NCBI RefSeq assembly: GCF_009914755.1
Contig: NC_060933.1
Length of the DNA: 64,000 bases
Source: the human T2T-CHM13v2.0 reference genome, Homo sapiens
Direction: 5' to 3' (one strand)
Below the pieces are notes generated by a model. The model searched no databases. It saw only the letters and a program-made list of their open reading frames with translations, and was not told the DNA's origin. Every line of letters begins with the position of its first letter. The stretch's first letter is position 1. The position numbers were made by a program, and so were the translations under genes. This document shows, in pieces, positions 12,185 to 25,169 of the stretch.

Positions 12185-13314
12185 TTATTGATTATAACCT
12201 TAGTTGAATACAGGGACTTGCCACTGTTTTATAAGAAGGCCACTGGGGTCAACTAGACCCAGCATAAATTAACACTCAATATTCTAGCCAACTGGCTTCC
12301 AGCTGATGAGGCTTTTGTTTTTATTTTGGCATAACTGCTTTAAAGATAGCCTTTTCTTCTACTGATAGCGCTACCTTTATATATACACATGTGTATGCAA
12401 ATATGCACTAAATTAGGCACTCAATAAACATTACAATTGCTACATTTGTGTGTGTCTGTGACTGCACATGTTTACAGTGTTGATGGCTCAGGCACATGTG
12501 TGGTTAGAGACCTAGACCACAGGCAATATGAAGCTAAACTGTTCCTCGCTTTCAGTCATTCTATATAAACACTGAGCACACATTTGGAGATGAGACTCAG
12601 GCAAAAGCTAACTCCAGTCTGCTTTTGGATAGAGTATAACACCCCTAGCCAAAGAACCTGGTAAATTTTCCTTCTCTACATCTAATACCAGGAGGCTTAC
12701 GTAATATGGACAAATATATGTTCAGTATTCCTACGTCTAAATCCAGTTCTAGAAACAATACCTGGAAGGGCAGTGCTGACTTCCTTGTAGAAGAGCCAGA
12801 TTCTCCAAAATTGGCACTGCACATTGGATTACCAAATTAGGAAAAATTACTGGATGAGGATTGATCATTCCCCCAAGAAACACCTACATACTGCTGATAG
12901 CACCACACTGTCAGGGAAGGCCTTGCTTACCACTTAACACTATTGAACCAGGAGTAACCCAAAATCACAGATTCCTCATAGCTCAGCTGATTTAAGTCTG
13001 TAAGCTTTTAAGTAAGACTTTCTTTTCTTTTCAAAAGGAATGCAAGTGAACTTAAAGAATAATATGAAACTAGATGCTTGAAGAAAATACTTATTTCTTC
13101 CTGTGGGTGGGAGGTCACTCCCAGGTGATACTCCTCCTAACATGGAATCCTAGGGAAATGGCTAAGTCTAAGGAATTTCAGCCTTTTAATCCCTAAGCCT
13201 GTTCCCTGTTTTCCTTCTCTTCTGGGCCTAGGTGTTCCCAGCTTATCCTCCCCAACCCCTTCAGCCAGAGGAGCAACCTGATGGCACATCAGTTAACACA
13301 AAGGGCAGCCCACG

Positions 13315-13545
13315 GTGGTAGGAGACAGTAAGGCTGGAATCAGAGCAACTTTGGCACAAATCCCAGTTCTGCCACTTAGTATTGTGAGTCTACTTTTATC
13401 TCTCTGAACCTTGGTTTTCTTATTAGTTAAACTAAAATGATACTAGTACAATTAGGCACTTTGATTCTGCCCTTCGGACTAGCAGAAGTGCAAAGAACAG
13501 AAATAATGTCTGTAACGTGCCTGACACACAGTGGATACTCATTTG
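13315..13545 (+). mobile_element. MIR
   Basis: aaatcccagttctgccacttag...ctctgaaccttggttttct...gtgcctgacacacagt. Confidence 0.65.
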
Positions 13546-14546
13546 CCAGTATCCAAAATCATTGTCATTTAGACATGGGGCCATTGTATCACACTGTCTT
13601 CCAGGACATCTCAAACTAAGAAGCTTCACTCTTATTTGAGGAACATCTAGGTAGTTGTTCAAAGAGTTGGGTTAGCAAGGTTTCTAGGAAAACAGCGTGA
13701 TGGAGAATTATCAGCCTAAATCCAGGCATCATGAGGGGATGTTGATATTCTACTGACATTCTTTGCTATCATCTCTGAGCTGATAGGAAAGTGAAATCTG
13801 TAGCCTCTAAATGATTATATTTCCCAGAAAGTTTTGTACAGTGTTCCAAAGTGGTGCTGAATAGGAGATGAATTAAGGCATATTTGGAAGTCTTTAACTT
13901 GGGCAACTCAGAGTATCAGCAGATGGAAACTTCTCAGAATGGAAGTGAAGATCAGATGGGAAATTCCTCCAGGGTCAATTTCAGAACCATAGTTGTGAAT
14001 AATTCTCTATGTACAAGTCATAAGCACATGAAATGCAGTTTCCAAGTTTGCAGATAATATAAAAACTAGAGGCAGGGAAGATAGGGAAGGAAAAACAAGC
14101 CCATTTCAGTTTGGTTTGGCTTGTTTCCCTTATAGAGCTAAAGGAAATGGAGATGACAAATGTTTTTCCCAGTTGAAAAGTGTAAGAATAGCAAGCCAGA
14201 GAAAAAGAACCGTCCCAGTAAATACATAAGCCTCACAAAAGAAAAGTATTGAGTGTCAACACAGTGGTCGCAGAAATGACCATCATGAATCATGCAGGTG
14301 AAGAGCACTGGAGGATAGTAGACAACCAGTGGCAAACAGACAGTACTAGTGAGGCTTAGAGTCAGGCACTATCTATTCCCTGAAATGCTAGGGGATCTCC
14401 AGAGATCCCCCTAGCAGTTAGTTTACTCTTCCTGGAAGAGTGGTCCTAGCACATGGCAGAGTTCCAGAAAAGTGGTTAACTGTTTTAGTATAAATAAGGA
14501 TGTCACTGAGATAAACCAGAAATGAAAATTTTTCCATGTTATATGC

Positions 14547-14774
14547 CAGAAGTCAGCAAACTTTTCTAGTAAAGGGCCAAATAGTAAACATTTTAGGATT
14601 TGCAGGCATCAGGAGTAAGGAATGACCTTTGACTGTTCTTAAACTGACTATACTCAACTCTGTCATTATAGTGTGAGAGCAGCCATAGATAATACTTTAA
14701 TCTATATGCTAGTTTTCCAATAAAACTTTATTTATAAAAGCAAGTGGTAATTGGCTGCAGTTTGAGGACCCCTA
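14547..14774. mobile_element. MER58A hAT-Charlie element
   Basis: cagcaaacttttct.gtaaagggccaaatagtaaacattttagg...ccaataaaactttattta...gtttgaggacccct. Confidence 0.85.
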
Positions 14775-16176
14775 TCCCTAGTGGATAGGAAATCCAGTCA
14801 GTCATTTCATGCAGAGGTTTGTAATTTGAAATGAGTTACCCAGCAAGCAGATAAAATACACATATTAGCAAATTCAAGACTCTATGAACTTCTGAAAGAG
14901 AAGGAAGTTAAAGGGTCTGGCAAAAAGAAGAAGACCAGGGTTAAGAATGTGTGGTCAGGTGGCCTTTCCCATTCCTAAAATATTTTCTATACTTCCATCT
15001 GAGCAATCATGAAGCTTCTGGCATTAAATAACTTTTAGTTGGCAATTACATTAAAAACAGCAAAGGTTAAAAAAAGTTGCCCTAGCCAAATGGTGATATG
15101 AAACTCTTCATGAACCTCAAATCTGTTGCCCAAAATTTTTGTACAAAATAAAATTCTCCCTTGCAAGCCTCTGGGCTACTGTAATTTTTGGTTTCAGAAA
15201 AATAATCCTGCTCACGGAGGAGATCTCAGAGCATTCCTTTTGCCTCCCGTTTGAAAGTATCTAAAATCCAGAATATTTTTTAGTGATTGTCTATTTCCCT
15301 AAGTAACTACAAACCTTGACGTTAATTACCCCCCCGCCCCGCCCCCGCAACCACCGAAAATGAGGCCAAACCATATGCCTGCCAACTAGGCCCCGGTAGA
15401 TTCCTGGATGCTGTCAGTTTAAGAACAGTCAAAGGTTATTCCTTACTCCTGATGCCACCATGTACTAGCTGAGCAAATTGCTTCTGTGAACTTTTGCCTG
15501 CTCTCTAAAATGGGAAAATAACATCAATCTAGTAACATGGTAGTAAGGATTCAATAATAAAAAGCATATACATTTGCCTATAAATACTAGCACCCGCTCC
15601 CGCTTTGTGGTAGATTCCATTATCCTAATCTAAGGAATCCCTAAGCAGAAAAATACCCATTTTAGGATAAGGAAAAGACTTCACCATCTGGTCCTATAAA
15701 TAGGAATTTGGGGCTAATGTTATTTGCACAAACTTTGCTTACTTGCTCCTGAGTTCACTGTTTTCCAGCTCTAACTCATTTGCTCTTGTTTGTATTCCTT
15801 TCTGAAATTGCAGAATTCTGGCTTTTTTTTTTTTAGTGTTCTAAAATTTCAGTATTTGGTTATTGGTGTTAATACAGTTATGGAAATAACTAGTTGTCCT
15901 TATTCAGAGATTCCTGAGTCAAGAATAGAATTAAGGTAGTTGCCAACCCAACGTGCTACGTGGCCTCACTTCTTGCTCCTCTTTTCTCCTCCCTGGTCCC
16001 ATGCACAGCAAACCCTTTGTTCCCTTTCTATACACCCAATTTATGTTTTTTCATTGAAATCTCTACATTTCTCATTTCCCCATGTCTTCACGACATCTAG
16101 AATTTATAAGCCCTGGCATGAAGAGTGAATGGTAATGATCATGGCGATGTTAACAACTGTAACAAAATCATAATCA

Positions 16177-16425
16177 CCTACATTTCTGTAGTTTTTTACT
16201 ACATGCCAGGCACTTTTCTGTGTCCTTTAAATACATTAGCTTATACAGAACTCTCACAACAACCCTAGGTAGGTACTATCATTCTCATTTTATAAATGAG
16301 GAAACTATCACTGAGAAGTTAAGTAAATTACTTGCCCAAGGCTACAGAGCTGCTAAGTGGCAAAGCGGGGATTTGATCCCATCATTAATGGCTCCGGAGT
16401 CTGTCCTCTGAACCACTGTCCGCTA
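16177..16425 (-). mobile_element. MIR, near full length
   Basis: atgccaggcac...ctcacaacaaccct...atgaggaaact...gttaagtaa.ttgcccaagg. Confidence 0.8.
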
Positions 16426-19400
16426 TGCTATATTGTGGATATGATCATTTTCAGCCCCGTTGCTTTGAAGGTAACCAAATGAGTATTTATTATGTATTTA
16501 TTTAGTGTGCCAGCACTATGCTGAATACTGAAGAGAGAACTATGAATGAGATAATAATTTATAATCTCACTGAAGAAATGAGACACTGTTGATTGAAAAA
16601 GGCTTCGTAGTGGAGTTTTAACAACTAGATCAGGAAACAGACAGATTCTTGTGTAGTATAGCAGCACAAGGAAATAGAACTAGAACTTGTTCTTAAGGGA
16701 GGGGGAGGAGGAGGAGCCTGTCTTTAGCCCCAAGCTAATGACAAGGAGAGTCAAAGAGGCCATCTTGACTAGAGTGACAAGTTTGTATTGGGATGTGGGG
16801 CAGATAAGTTTGGAAAGAAGAGGAAGCTACTGTTCTACAAAGAAAGGATACACCCACAATTTCTAGCTTCCAGTCCTGTGTTGAGGCCTACAATAGGTTT
16901 AGGAAAGCGTACCAGTCAGAATGAGAGGCCTGAGGTGGCACAATAACATATCCCAGGTAGTAGATGGGCATTTCTCTACCCAGAACCTGAATATTTTGTC
17001 TGACAACTAGAAATTCCAAGAAGGTTACTTAGGTTATGTGTACCATCAAAAAAAAATCATTTATTAGCTTTATCTGGTGTTTAAACTGAGACCTTTTTAC
17101 TTGGAAAACAGTAAGAATGAGTCTATATACTCTTCTATGAGATCTTCGCAAGAACACTGTGAGGTCAGTATTAGCCTCAATTTATAGAAGAAACTTAAAG
17201 GCTCACACAGTTGAATGACTTGCCTAAGGCCCACCACACGACTCTAGACTGGAGTCCGAGTCTCTTGGTTCCAATTTGGGAAGTCTTCCCCTCCACAAGG
17301 CAGCTCCTCATAGCTGGGCATGGAGATCAATTTGAGAAGTAGGTTCACACAAGACAGTGGTGTCACAGTTGAGCCAAAGATCCAGAGGACCCCATGATGC
17401 CAACCTACTCACAGAACTTCCAGAGACTTTCCTTTATACACCCGGAGCTGCCTTTGTTTCAAATAAGAGCCCTTAAGCACTACACATTCCAAATGCAGAG
17501 GAGATGATTTATCCTGAAAGAGATTATACTTGGTAGAAATGGCCTGTGAGCATTTGGTCCATATCTTATTCTCATGCATGACAAGGATTTTTACTTCTGT
17601 ACTAAAACAATTTCTTGCACCCTCTCGGCTGGTCCTTAATTTGTAGCATGCTTGTGAAGGCATATTGTCACATAGAAGCTTACAAATAAAGGCCCCCAGA
17701 AAAACAAAACCGCTCCTTCATTTTCTGGCTAGAAGTAGGGTCAAAGAAGTAAAGTAATAAATTTTAGGCTAGAAAAATAAAAAGTGTGGTACAGGTCTGG
17801 GAGGAAGTCAAGGAGTATTGATATACCTAGCATGACCACAGTACCACTTGCTATGTAGGTCTTAATTGTACCCATTCTATGTCCCCACATCCTCTGGTTC
17901 CATAAATTCCAAAACAGCTCCAAAGGAATCCTATAGGTTTTGTTTGGAAAGCAGCCCTATGTTTCTCTGCCTGCTCATTCTAAAGCAAGCCTATCAAATT
18001 TGGAAACTAAATATAAACTGACAGAAATCAGCAACTAGCGAATTAAGCTAAATTAATAGAGTAGACTACTGAAATACAAAGAAAATGTTTTTTTCCAGGA
18101 ATCTCTCTCTCTAGTCGCCAGGCTAGGTAAACTGAAGCAAGCCTCCGTCTCTGCAGCAAGCCTTTCCTTTGCCTGGCGGTGCTTCCCAGAGAGCCCTGCA
18201 TGGGACCCCCCTCCAGAACTACTGCTCCGCCTAGTGGCAGCCTTCAAGCCTTCATCTACCAATTTTATGGGCATATTGTATGTATAATAACAGGAGTCAA
18301 ATCCTCCCCCATCCCTGAAAGGACTTATGTCTTAGTGGATTTTAAGAGAGAGGGAAATAACATGCAAATGGGCCAAATGTACAAAGAACACACTGTGGGC
18401 AGCTTTCTAATTACAAGAAGAAAGCACGACTAAACAGTTGAGTCTTATGGTGGTCCCAAAGGGATTATAGGGTGGAAAAAAAAAAGTGCTGGACCAAAAA
18501 CATGAGATTCTACTTCAAATCCTGACTCTGCCCCCAAATAACTATGTACCCTTGAGCTAGACAGTTCCATTTTATAAATATAAGTGACTTTTATAAGTAT
18601 ACACAATAAGTGAGAAATTCAGGCTTTCTCCCATGTAGATTCTGTCTTAAGACAATATTTAAGACTGTTTTTATGAAAATAAATACTACAGTTTCTCTAT
18701 CTATGTATATAGTGTTTATGGAATAATAGACTATACAAACGCTAAATCTCATGATCTACATGTCACCGTTTCCATTGCCGCTACTCCTATTCTAGTTCAA
18801 ATCCTTACCACTCTGTGCCCTCTGTGATGGATCACCTCCCTTCCTTTCATCAGCCTTGTAGGAATTCTTTTCCAGGCTTCAGACATGGGCAGAAAGCATG
18901 GTGGCTTACTTAGTGCCTGGAGAAACCAGTGTAACTATAAAAACTAACCCCCACCTAAAAATAAATGGGCCAGGGTAGGAGAGGGTTACATCCTCTGCCT
19001 GAAATCAGACAGGTGCAGTAGTTGTATGCAAAAAAAAAATGATTCTAATATGGAGATCTAATAAGTTGCCTAGGGGAAACTGGCCAATATCATGTGCCCC
19101 TCTCACTCCTTCCTCACAATTTCCTCATCCTCCCTCCTCCCTCATGGTTAATTTGCCATTCAGAGTGTGCAGCATTACCAAGAAAAGAGTCATTGGAAAT
19201 ACCAAAAGAGGATCTAGAAATTCCTTATATACCCCAGTTTAACAATTCCCTCTGATGAGCAGGAAAACAGACTTCAACTGGATTTTAGAAGTTGGTAAAC
19301 TGAAATAGAGGAAGATAATGAGATTTGCCAATGGCCATTACTTAAATCATAGTAGGACCAAAACAAAGTTCAGAAGAACTATCTTCTAGCCTCCTGCTGC

Positions 19401-21134
19401 GAGTGTCCAAGAACCGTTTTCTGTAGGGACAAGGGAGATGTTTCCAGTGCCAGGGAGCCAGCTACCCTAATGGGTTTGGGAACTTAGCATATTTTAATTT
19501 CTACCTTTGCCATGTGGTGAAATTGAATAGTGATCTTCTGAGTTCCATCATTCTCAGTTCTATTGAAACTTGACTAAGCCTGCTTTCATTATTATTTAGA
19601 ATTTTTGTGAAAGCATAAATATTCCTGGGACATCCTAAAGCTTTAAATCATAAAGTTGATTTTTAATTTTCTAATCTAAAACAGCTTGAACACCTGAAGA
19701 GACTTAGCAATGATATTACATTATGTTGCATCTGATAAGATTCCTTCAGGAAACAGTCATACTATGATCTAAAATATTGTATGGTTTACCAAAGATAAGT
19801 AAATTGTATAGTCATCTTTCTCTTATTAGCTTCTTCGAAATAAACTAACATGTAATTGTTTGACTTTAAGAAAAAAGCAACTAATGTTTGATGGATGAGT
19901 GAATGAATGGTTGGATGAGCCATAACACAATCTCTCAGTGAATGTATGGGTGGATGAGCTATATCACAAGCTCTCAGAGGCTTCCTTTCATCCCTCACAA
20001 TGTTTCAGCTCTAGTTGAATGCCACAAAACTTGAGGGTCTCCAGTAATAGTGGTGATGATCTGGAATAGCACTAAATCAAGCACAAATCATTCAAAAACT
20101 TCCTTTAACTAAGGTGTCTATTTCCTTCCCCATTTTACTAGAGCTGCCCATATATAACTCGATTGATTGATGGAAGCCTTACTTCTACTTCCTGCCTTTC
20201 CTCTGACAGGAGGTAAGAATAAGCAATGTAGTAGGCCCAAGGCCAAAAGCTGAGCTGAGGAGATCTCATTCACTGCCAGACTGGTCACCCACCTCAGAAT
20301 AATTGACAGCTGATTAGAAGTGGTGCTGAAATGCAAATGTCATACAGCCTGGAGAGACCCGGCAAGGGAAATAGTGAGGAAAGAATTGTATAGTGGGAGA
20401 GTGTTGCTGGGGCAGACCTGACTTCCAGGCTTAATCTTACCACAGAGTCTTAATGAGTTCTCCCCACATTTCTGTTGTTTCCCCACCCTCTCACTTTCTT
20501 GAAAAACAACCCCTATTAACTGCTTACCTCCTAGGGAAGGATGCTAGCATAATATTGGGTGAACAGTTTTTTGAAGCTTTTGAAACTAGGGAGGTTAAAA
20601 AATCACAAAGCTAGAAATGACTAGCTTCAGGATCCCCAAAACTGGCTACTGAGCCATTTCTGTGCTATCAAATAAACTGTCAACCTAAAGTACCTGTCAG
20701 GTCTAGGCACCGGATCTCTGAGCTTCTGAGCTTCTCCATTGTCCCTCCAACCCTTCTAGATTCCCTCCTCCACATACACATTCCAGTTATCAGCCAGCCT
20801 CACTAAGTCACCAAGACATCAGGTTCAAGTGATCGTTAGTCATTAATTAAGCTGCCATAATGTCACAGGTACTTTCTAGAAATGGCATAAATCTAGAAAA
20901 GAAAAAACAGACTTGGGTGGAGTGGGTTTGAAGCTCACTGTAGGCACTCACAGTTTGATTCTTTTAAGTCTTTTCAGATTAAAAAAAAAAAAGTCTGAAG
21001 TAGACTGTGATTATTCTGGAATTTTCTCTCCATGACCTTGAAGGGCAAGTTTTGACTTTATTCTACTGGGAACCTACTCTACAGAGAGTCCCCTGTAGTA
21101 GTGGGGAAAATAAAAGCAATAAATAAGACCTGAA

Positions 21135-21382
21135 GAGGATCACATGAGCCCAGGAGTTCAAGACCAGCCTGGGCAACTTGGCAAGACCCTATCTTTACGC
21201 AAAATTTAAAAATTAGCTGGGAATGGTAGTGCACCCCTGTGGTCTCAGCTACACAGGAGGCAGAGGTGGGAGGACTGCTTAAGCCCAGGAGTTCAAGACT
21301 GCAGTGAGCTGTGTTTGTGCCTCCACACTCGTGGGTGACAGAGCAAGACCCTGTCTCAAAAACAAAAACAAAAAAAAACAAA
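21135..21382 (+). mobile_element. 5'-truncated AluJ-like element
   Basis: ggatcacatgagcccaggagttcaagaccagcctgggcaac...ggtgggaggactgcttaagccc, with an A/C tail. Confidence 0.9.
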
Positions 21383-21549
21383 CCTGAGTTTTGTGCCCCA
21401 TAAGATTTACAGCTAAATAAAGACAATAGATGTATATATGACTACACAGTGGCTGTGACACAGAATTTCCTTCATATATGTGTAAGATCCACTCAATATG
21501 CAATTCTTGGCTTTTTCTCTTCTACCTGCAAACCTGAACAGATGTCTGT

Positions 21550-21882
21550 TTGGTTGTTTTTTGTTGTTTTTTTTTTTTGTTTTTTTTTTTTTGAGACAGA
21601 GTCATGCTCTGTGTCCCAAGCTGGAGTACAGTGGGGCAATCTCAGCCCACTACAACCTCTGCCCCCCACGTTCAAGTGATTCTCTCACCTCAGCCTCCCA
21701 AGTAGCTGGGATTATAGGCATACACCCCCATGCCCAGATAATTTTATTATTTTTGTAGTTTTAGTAGAGACGGAGCCTTGCCATGTTGGCCAGGCTGTTC
21801 TTGAACTCCTGGCCTCAGGTGATTTGCCCGCCTCAGCCTCCCAAAGTGCTGGGATTATAGGCATGAGCCATGGTGTCTGGCC
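21550..21882 (-). mobile_element. Alu (S/J-like), antisense
   Basis: T-rich tail, then gagacagagtc...gtctggcc. TSD agatgtctgt at 21540-21549 and 21884-21893. Confidence 0.95.
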
Positions 21883-22334
21883 AAGATGTCTGTCTTGATC
21901 TCTGGAAGCCCTACGTTCTTTCAACCATCCAACCAAGCTCCACTTCTCTTTTGTAACTTTGCTTTTTCCTTAATGAGCCTTCCCCAAATCTATCTGTACC
22001 ATTTGTTCTAGCATCCCCCCTTCCCCCGGATATCTGTGTGTGTTATATGTATTTGGTGCACATATGTTGTCTGGTCCAGCTGGTAGCATTTAGATCAAGT
22101 AATCCACAGGCTGCAAAGGCAATGGGAAACCTTATTTGAGATCACTACCACAGTCACATTAATCAAAGAGGCAAGAGAGCACAGGTTCTTGATTGTCCTT
22201 GTAGCTGGTTTGTCTCTGTTGTTAAAACAGGGTTCTGCATACATCCTGAGGTTCCTTCCTGCCTTACCAATATTGAATGCCAAAAAGGAGTCAACTGACT
22301 TGACCAGGTCTATATTTCTTTTCTGTCGCTCCAG

Positions 22335-22462
22335 GATTCTTCTACAGCCAGATGATTCCTTACAGATCTTGGCACCAGTGGAAGCAGATGTGGGTTTCTA
22401 CACTTGCAATGCCACCAATGCCTTGGGATACGACTCTGTCTCCATTGCCGTCACATTAGCAG
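22335..22462 (+). CDS. ADAMTSL1: ADAMTSL1 exon (128 nt), second half of Ig-like domain 2
   Basis: Acceptor tcgctccag|G and donor GCAG|gtaacc. Encodes ILLQPDDSLQILAPVEADVGFYTCNATNALGYDSVSIAVTLA with a DxGxYxC motif. Entry phase 2 matches the previous exon. Confidence 0.96.
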
Positions 22463-22484
22463 GTAACCCAAAAATCCCTGTTCT

Positions 22485-22790
22485 GTTCATTTCATAAACC
22501 TTTATTGAATGAGTGCCTATAGTGTGTCAAACAGGCCCAGAGATGCATAGATAAAGGAGACCCAGATCCCATCTTCAGGGAGTTTGTAATCTATAATTAC
22601 AACAGCAGTGTAGTATGAGGTAGAATGAAGTGCTATAACTGATAACCAAATAGTATGCAAGGACAGTACATTCCTGCCAGGAGGTCTTAGGGTTGCAATG
22701 AGTGGAATTTTGATAAGAGACAGGGATATTTCATGCAGAAAGAATAATGTGAGCAAAGGTGATGTGTGCAAATCAGTAGCATGTTGGAAC
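22485..22790 (-). mobile_element. L2 3' fragment
   Basis: ttcatttcataaacctttattgaatgagtgcctatagtgtgtc is the reverse of the L2 tail. Confidence 0.65.
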
Positions 22791-24589
22791 ATGAATTGTG
22801 AATTATTATCATTGAAGACTCTTTTGGATCCTGTCATCTCCTTGTTCCACCTGTTGCAAGAAAGATTACGACCCATAAATAATTGGAATTCTGTGGTCAT
22901 GGCTTGAAGCAGGAGTGTTCCCCAGTACTTCTCTCTCAGTCTGCTTTATTTCATCCTCTTGCTCTAATGCACTGCCAACATTCCCCTTTATCCATTGAGG
23001 TTAGACAATACATTCTGCACATGGTGACTTAAGAACATTGCAACTCAGAGTACCATGTCTCCCATAGTTGTGGTCTTGTAGTAAAAGACATGTAGAGCTT
23101 TTATAAAACCTCTTTGCATAGGACAAACCCATGCCTTTGAAACGGAAAGAGAACTTAGATACCAGCTGGACCAAGGCCCTTGTTTCTCAGAGGCCAGGCA
23201 ACCCGAGGTCACACAGCTGCTCTGCTAGTGGCGGGGGAAGAAGGGAACTGGAGTCTCCTAACTCCCAGCTCATTGTTCTCCCTACTTCCCCACTGATCTG
23301 AGAAAATAGGATCCTTCCTCTCAGATCTGGGCCATCCAGTCTTTGTGGCTGTGTTGCATGTGTTTGTATTTATTCTTTTCAATTGCTGCTCTCATCAGAT
23401 GATTCAGTAGATGCTAGAAAAGCCAACATCACCCCACACTGACTTCATCTGTCCCTGCCAGGATTATGTTGTCATACTGTACTCCAGTCACACATGCTAC
23501 CCCCTTGCATATCTGTTTAGCAACAGTATTCCTGCCCCCATGACTTCAGGCTGATCTGGGAAGGGACCCTTAGCAGGCGGCTTTGCGGGGAAGATCAAAG
23601 TCAACAATGAAGAAGGCAATTTAAGGAGCCCTGGGCCGGATTAAAGACTGATATTATTAATGCCTATTTTTTGTGAATAAAACATTTGCTTTTCTTCTAA
23701 TGTATTCCAGTTGCAATCTTTATTCCCCTCTTTATACAGAGTCCAGATGCTCAGCACCAATCTTGTTAAATCTCTCCTGCCATCCACCCTCCAACCTGCT
23801 TTAGCAAGGGCACTGCTGACATCTTTCCACTTGCTGGCAGATAGTGGCTCTTGCAGGATTAATTCTCTTGTTTATATTAATCCAGATATGGTTCAGCTCT
23901 ATCACAGACTAAATGCCCTTTGTTCACCCGAATTTAATACGATTAATAGAAACCTGTCTGGAATTAAGCAAGGCAATTGTAACATCAGGCTTGCCTTCAG
24001 CTCTTTGAAGAGGGGTTATTGGAGGCTGCCAACAAGTTCAAAGCCAGGGAAGAGAGACAGAGCAGCCAAAGAGGCACCAGGGAAGGGGAGGAGAGGGGCT
24101 GCCTGGTGAAGTATGACTACAGACACCACACCCAGGGCATAGGGAGCTGCATCCTTGCACCTTAGCTGCTAGGGTTTGTATAGGTCTGCTGGAAAATCTA
24201 TCAAGCAGTCCCTCTAAAAACAAAGGCTCAAATGTACATTGCCTTAAGACTGTATTTGTACCCTTACCTGAGTTTATCATCCACACCTGTGCCAATGTCT
24301 ACACTCACAGTGTTAGGTGGTTCACCAGCTCCTGTTGTGAGCACACCCTCTGCCACATATTGTGGAACCTACAGCAATAAATAAAACCTGTGTTTTGTGG
24401 TCCCTGATGCTTACAGAGGAGTGAAGGCAAGCGATGGATACCCGGCTACCTAGAATTGGGAGAAAGTTGCAATTTACTTCAAATGTATGCATGGAGACCC
24501 TGCTTAGTAGGTTATAAGATATAATCTGAACATAAATTAAATTGGAGGGGTGGGGGTGAATGAGTATCAGGCATTTCTAAGTTTTATTG

Positions 24590-24780
24590 CCAGTTATACT
24601 CCTTATTAGCTGTGTGATCTTGGACAAAGTATATAACCTCATTGAGTCTCTGTTCTCATCTGTAAAAATTTAACTAACATTATTTTACAGGGTTGTTGTG
24701 AGGTTAAGTAAGATTGCACGTGTGAAAAAGCACTTAACCCAATGCCAGGCACATTGTTCATACTCAATAAATGTAAGCCT
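24590..24780 (+). mobile_element. MIR
   Basis: ttattagctgtgtgatcttggacaa...ctcatctgtaaaa...agggttgttgtgagg...ctcaataaatgt. Confidence 0.8.
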
Positions 24781-25169
24781 CCTTTCTTTCTCTAGCTCTT
24801 CTAGAGTGAAACAACCTGAAAACAATTCTAAAATGTGCAAACCATTATCCCAACTCTGCTTCCATGTATCTTTCAGTATGTGTCTTAACACTGAGATTTT
24901 TCAAGTATGAACTTAGAAACTGATTCAGTTCACTTGCAGTCAAATCCTCTTGATGAATCTCAGCACTACTATGTTTTTATGGAAACTGCAGGGGTTTTTT
25001 CCTGGACTTTAGTATTAATGTAGGCCAAAGAGGAAAAAAAAAAAAAACTTTGAGCCTCAAGATAATCAAGTGTCCCCATGATTTTATAAGGAAAGTATGG
25101 ACTTGTGTGTTGCCAGTGTGCCTGCATTTACCAGATGCAGGGAAATTTGTTCATAATGATTCACAAAAG

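Noticed and set aside
18226-18241. CTCF-like motif (ccgcctagtggcag)
   Set aside because: It mismatches core positions on both strands and cannot be supported without ChIP data.
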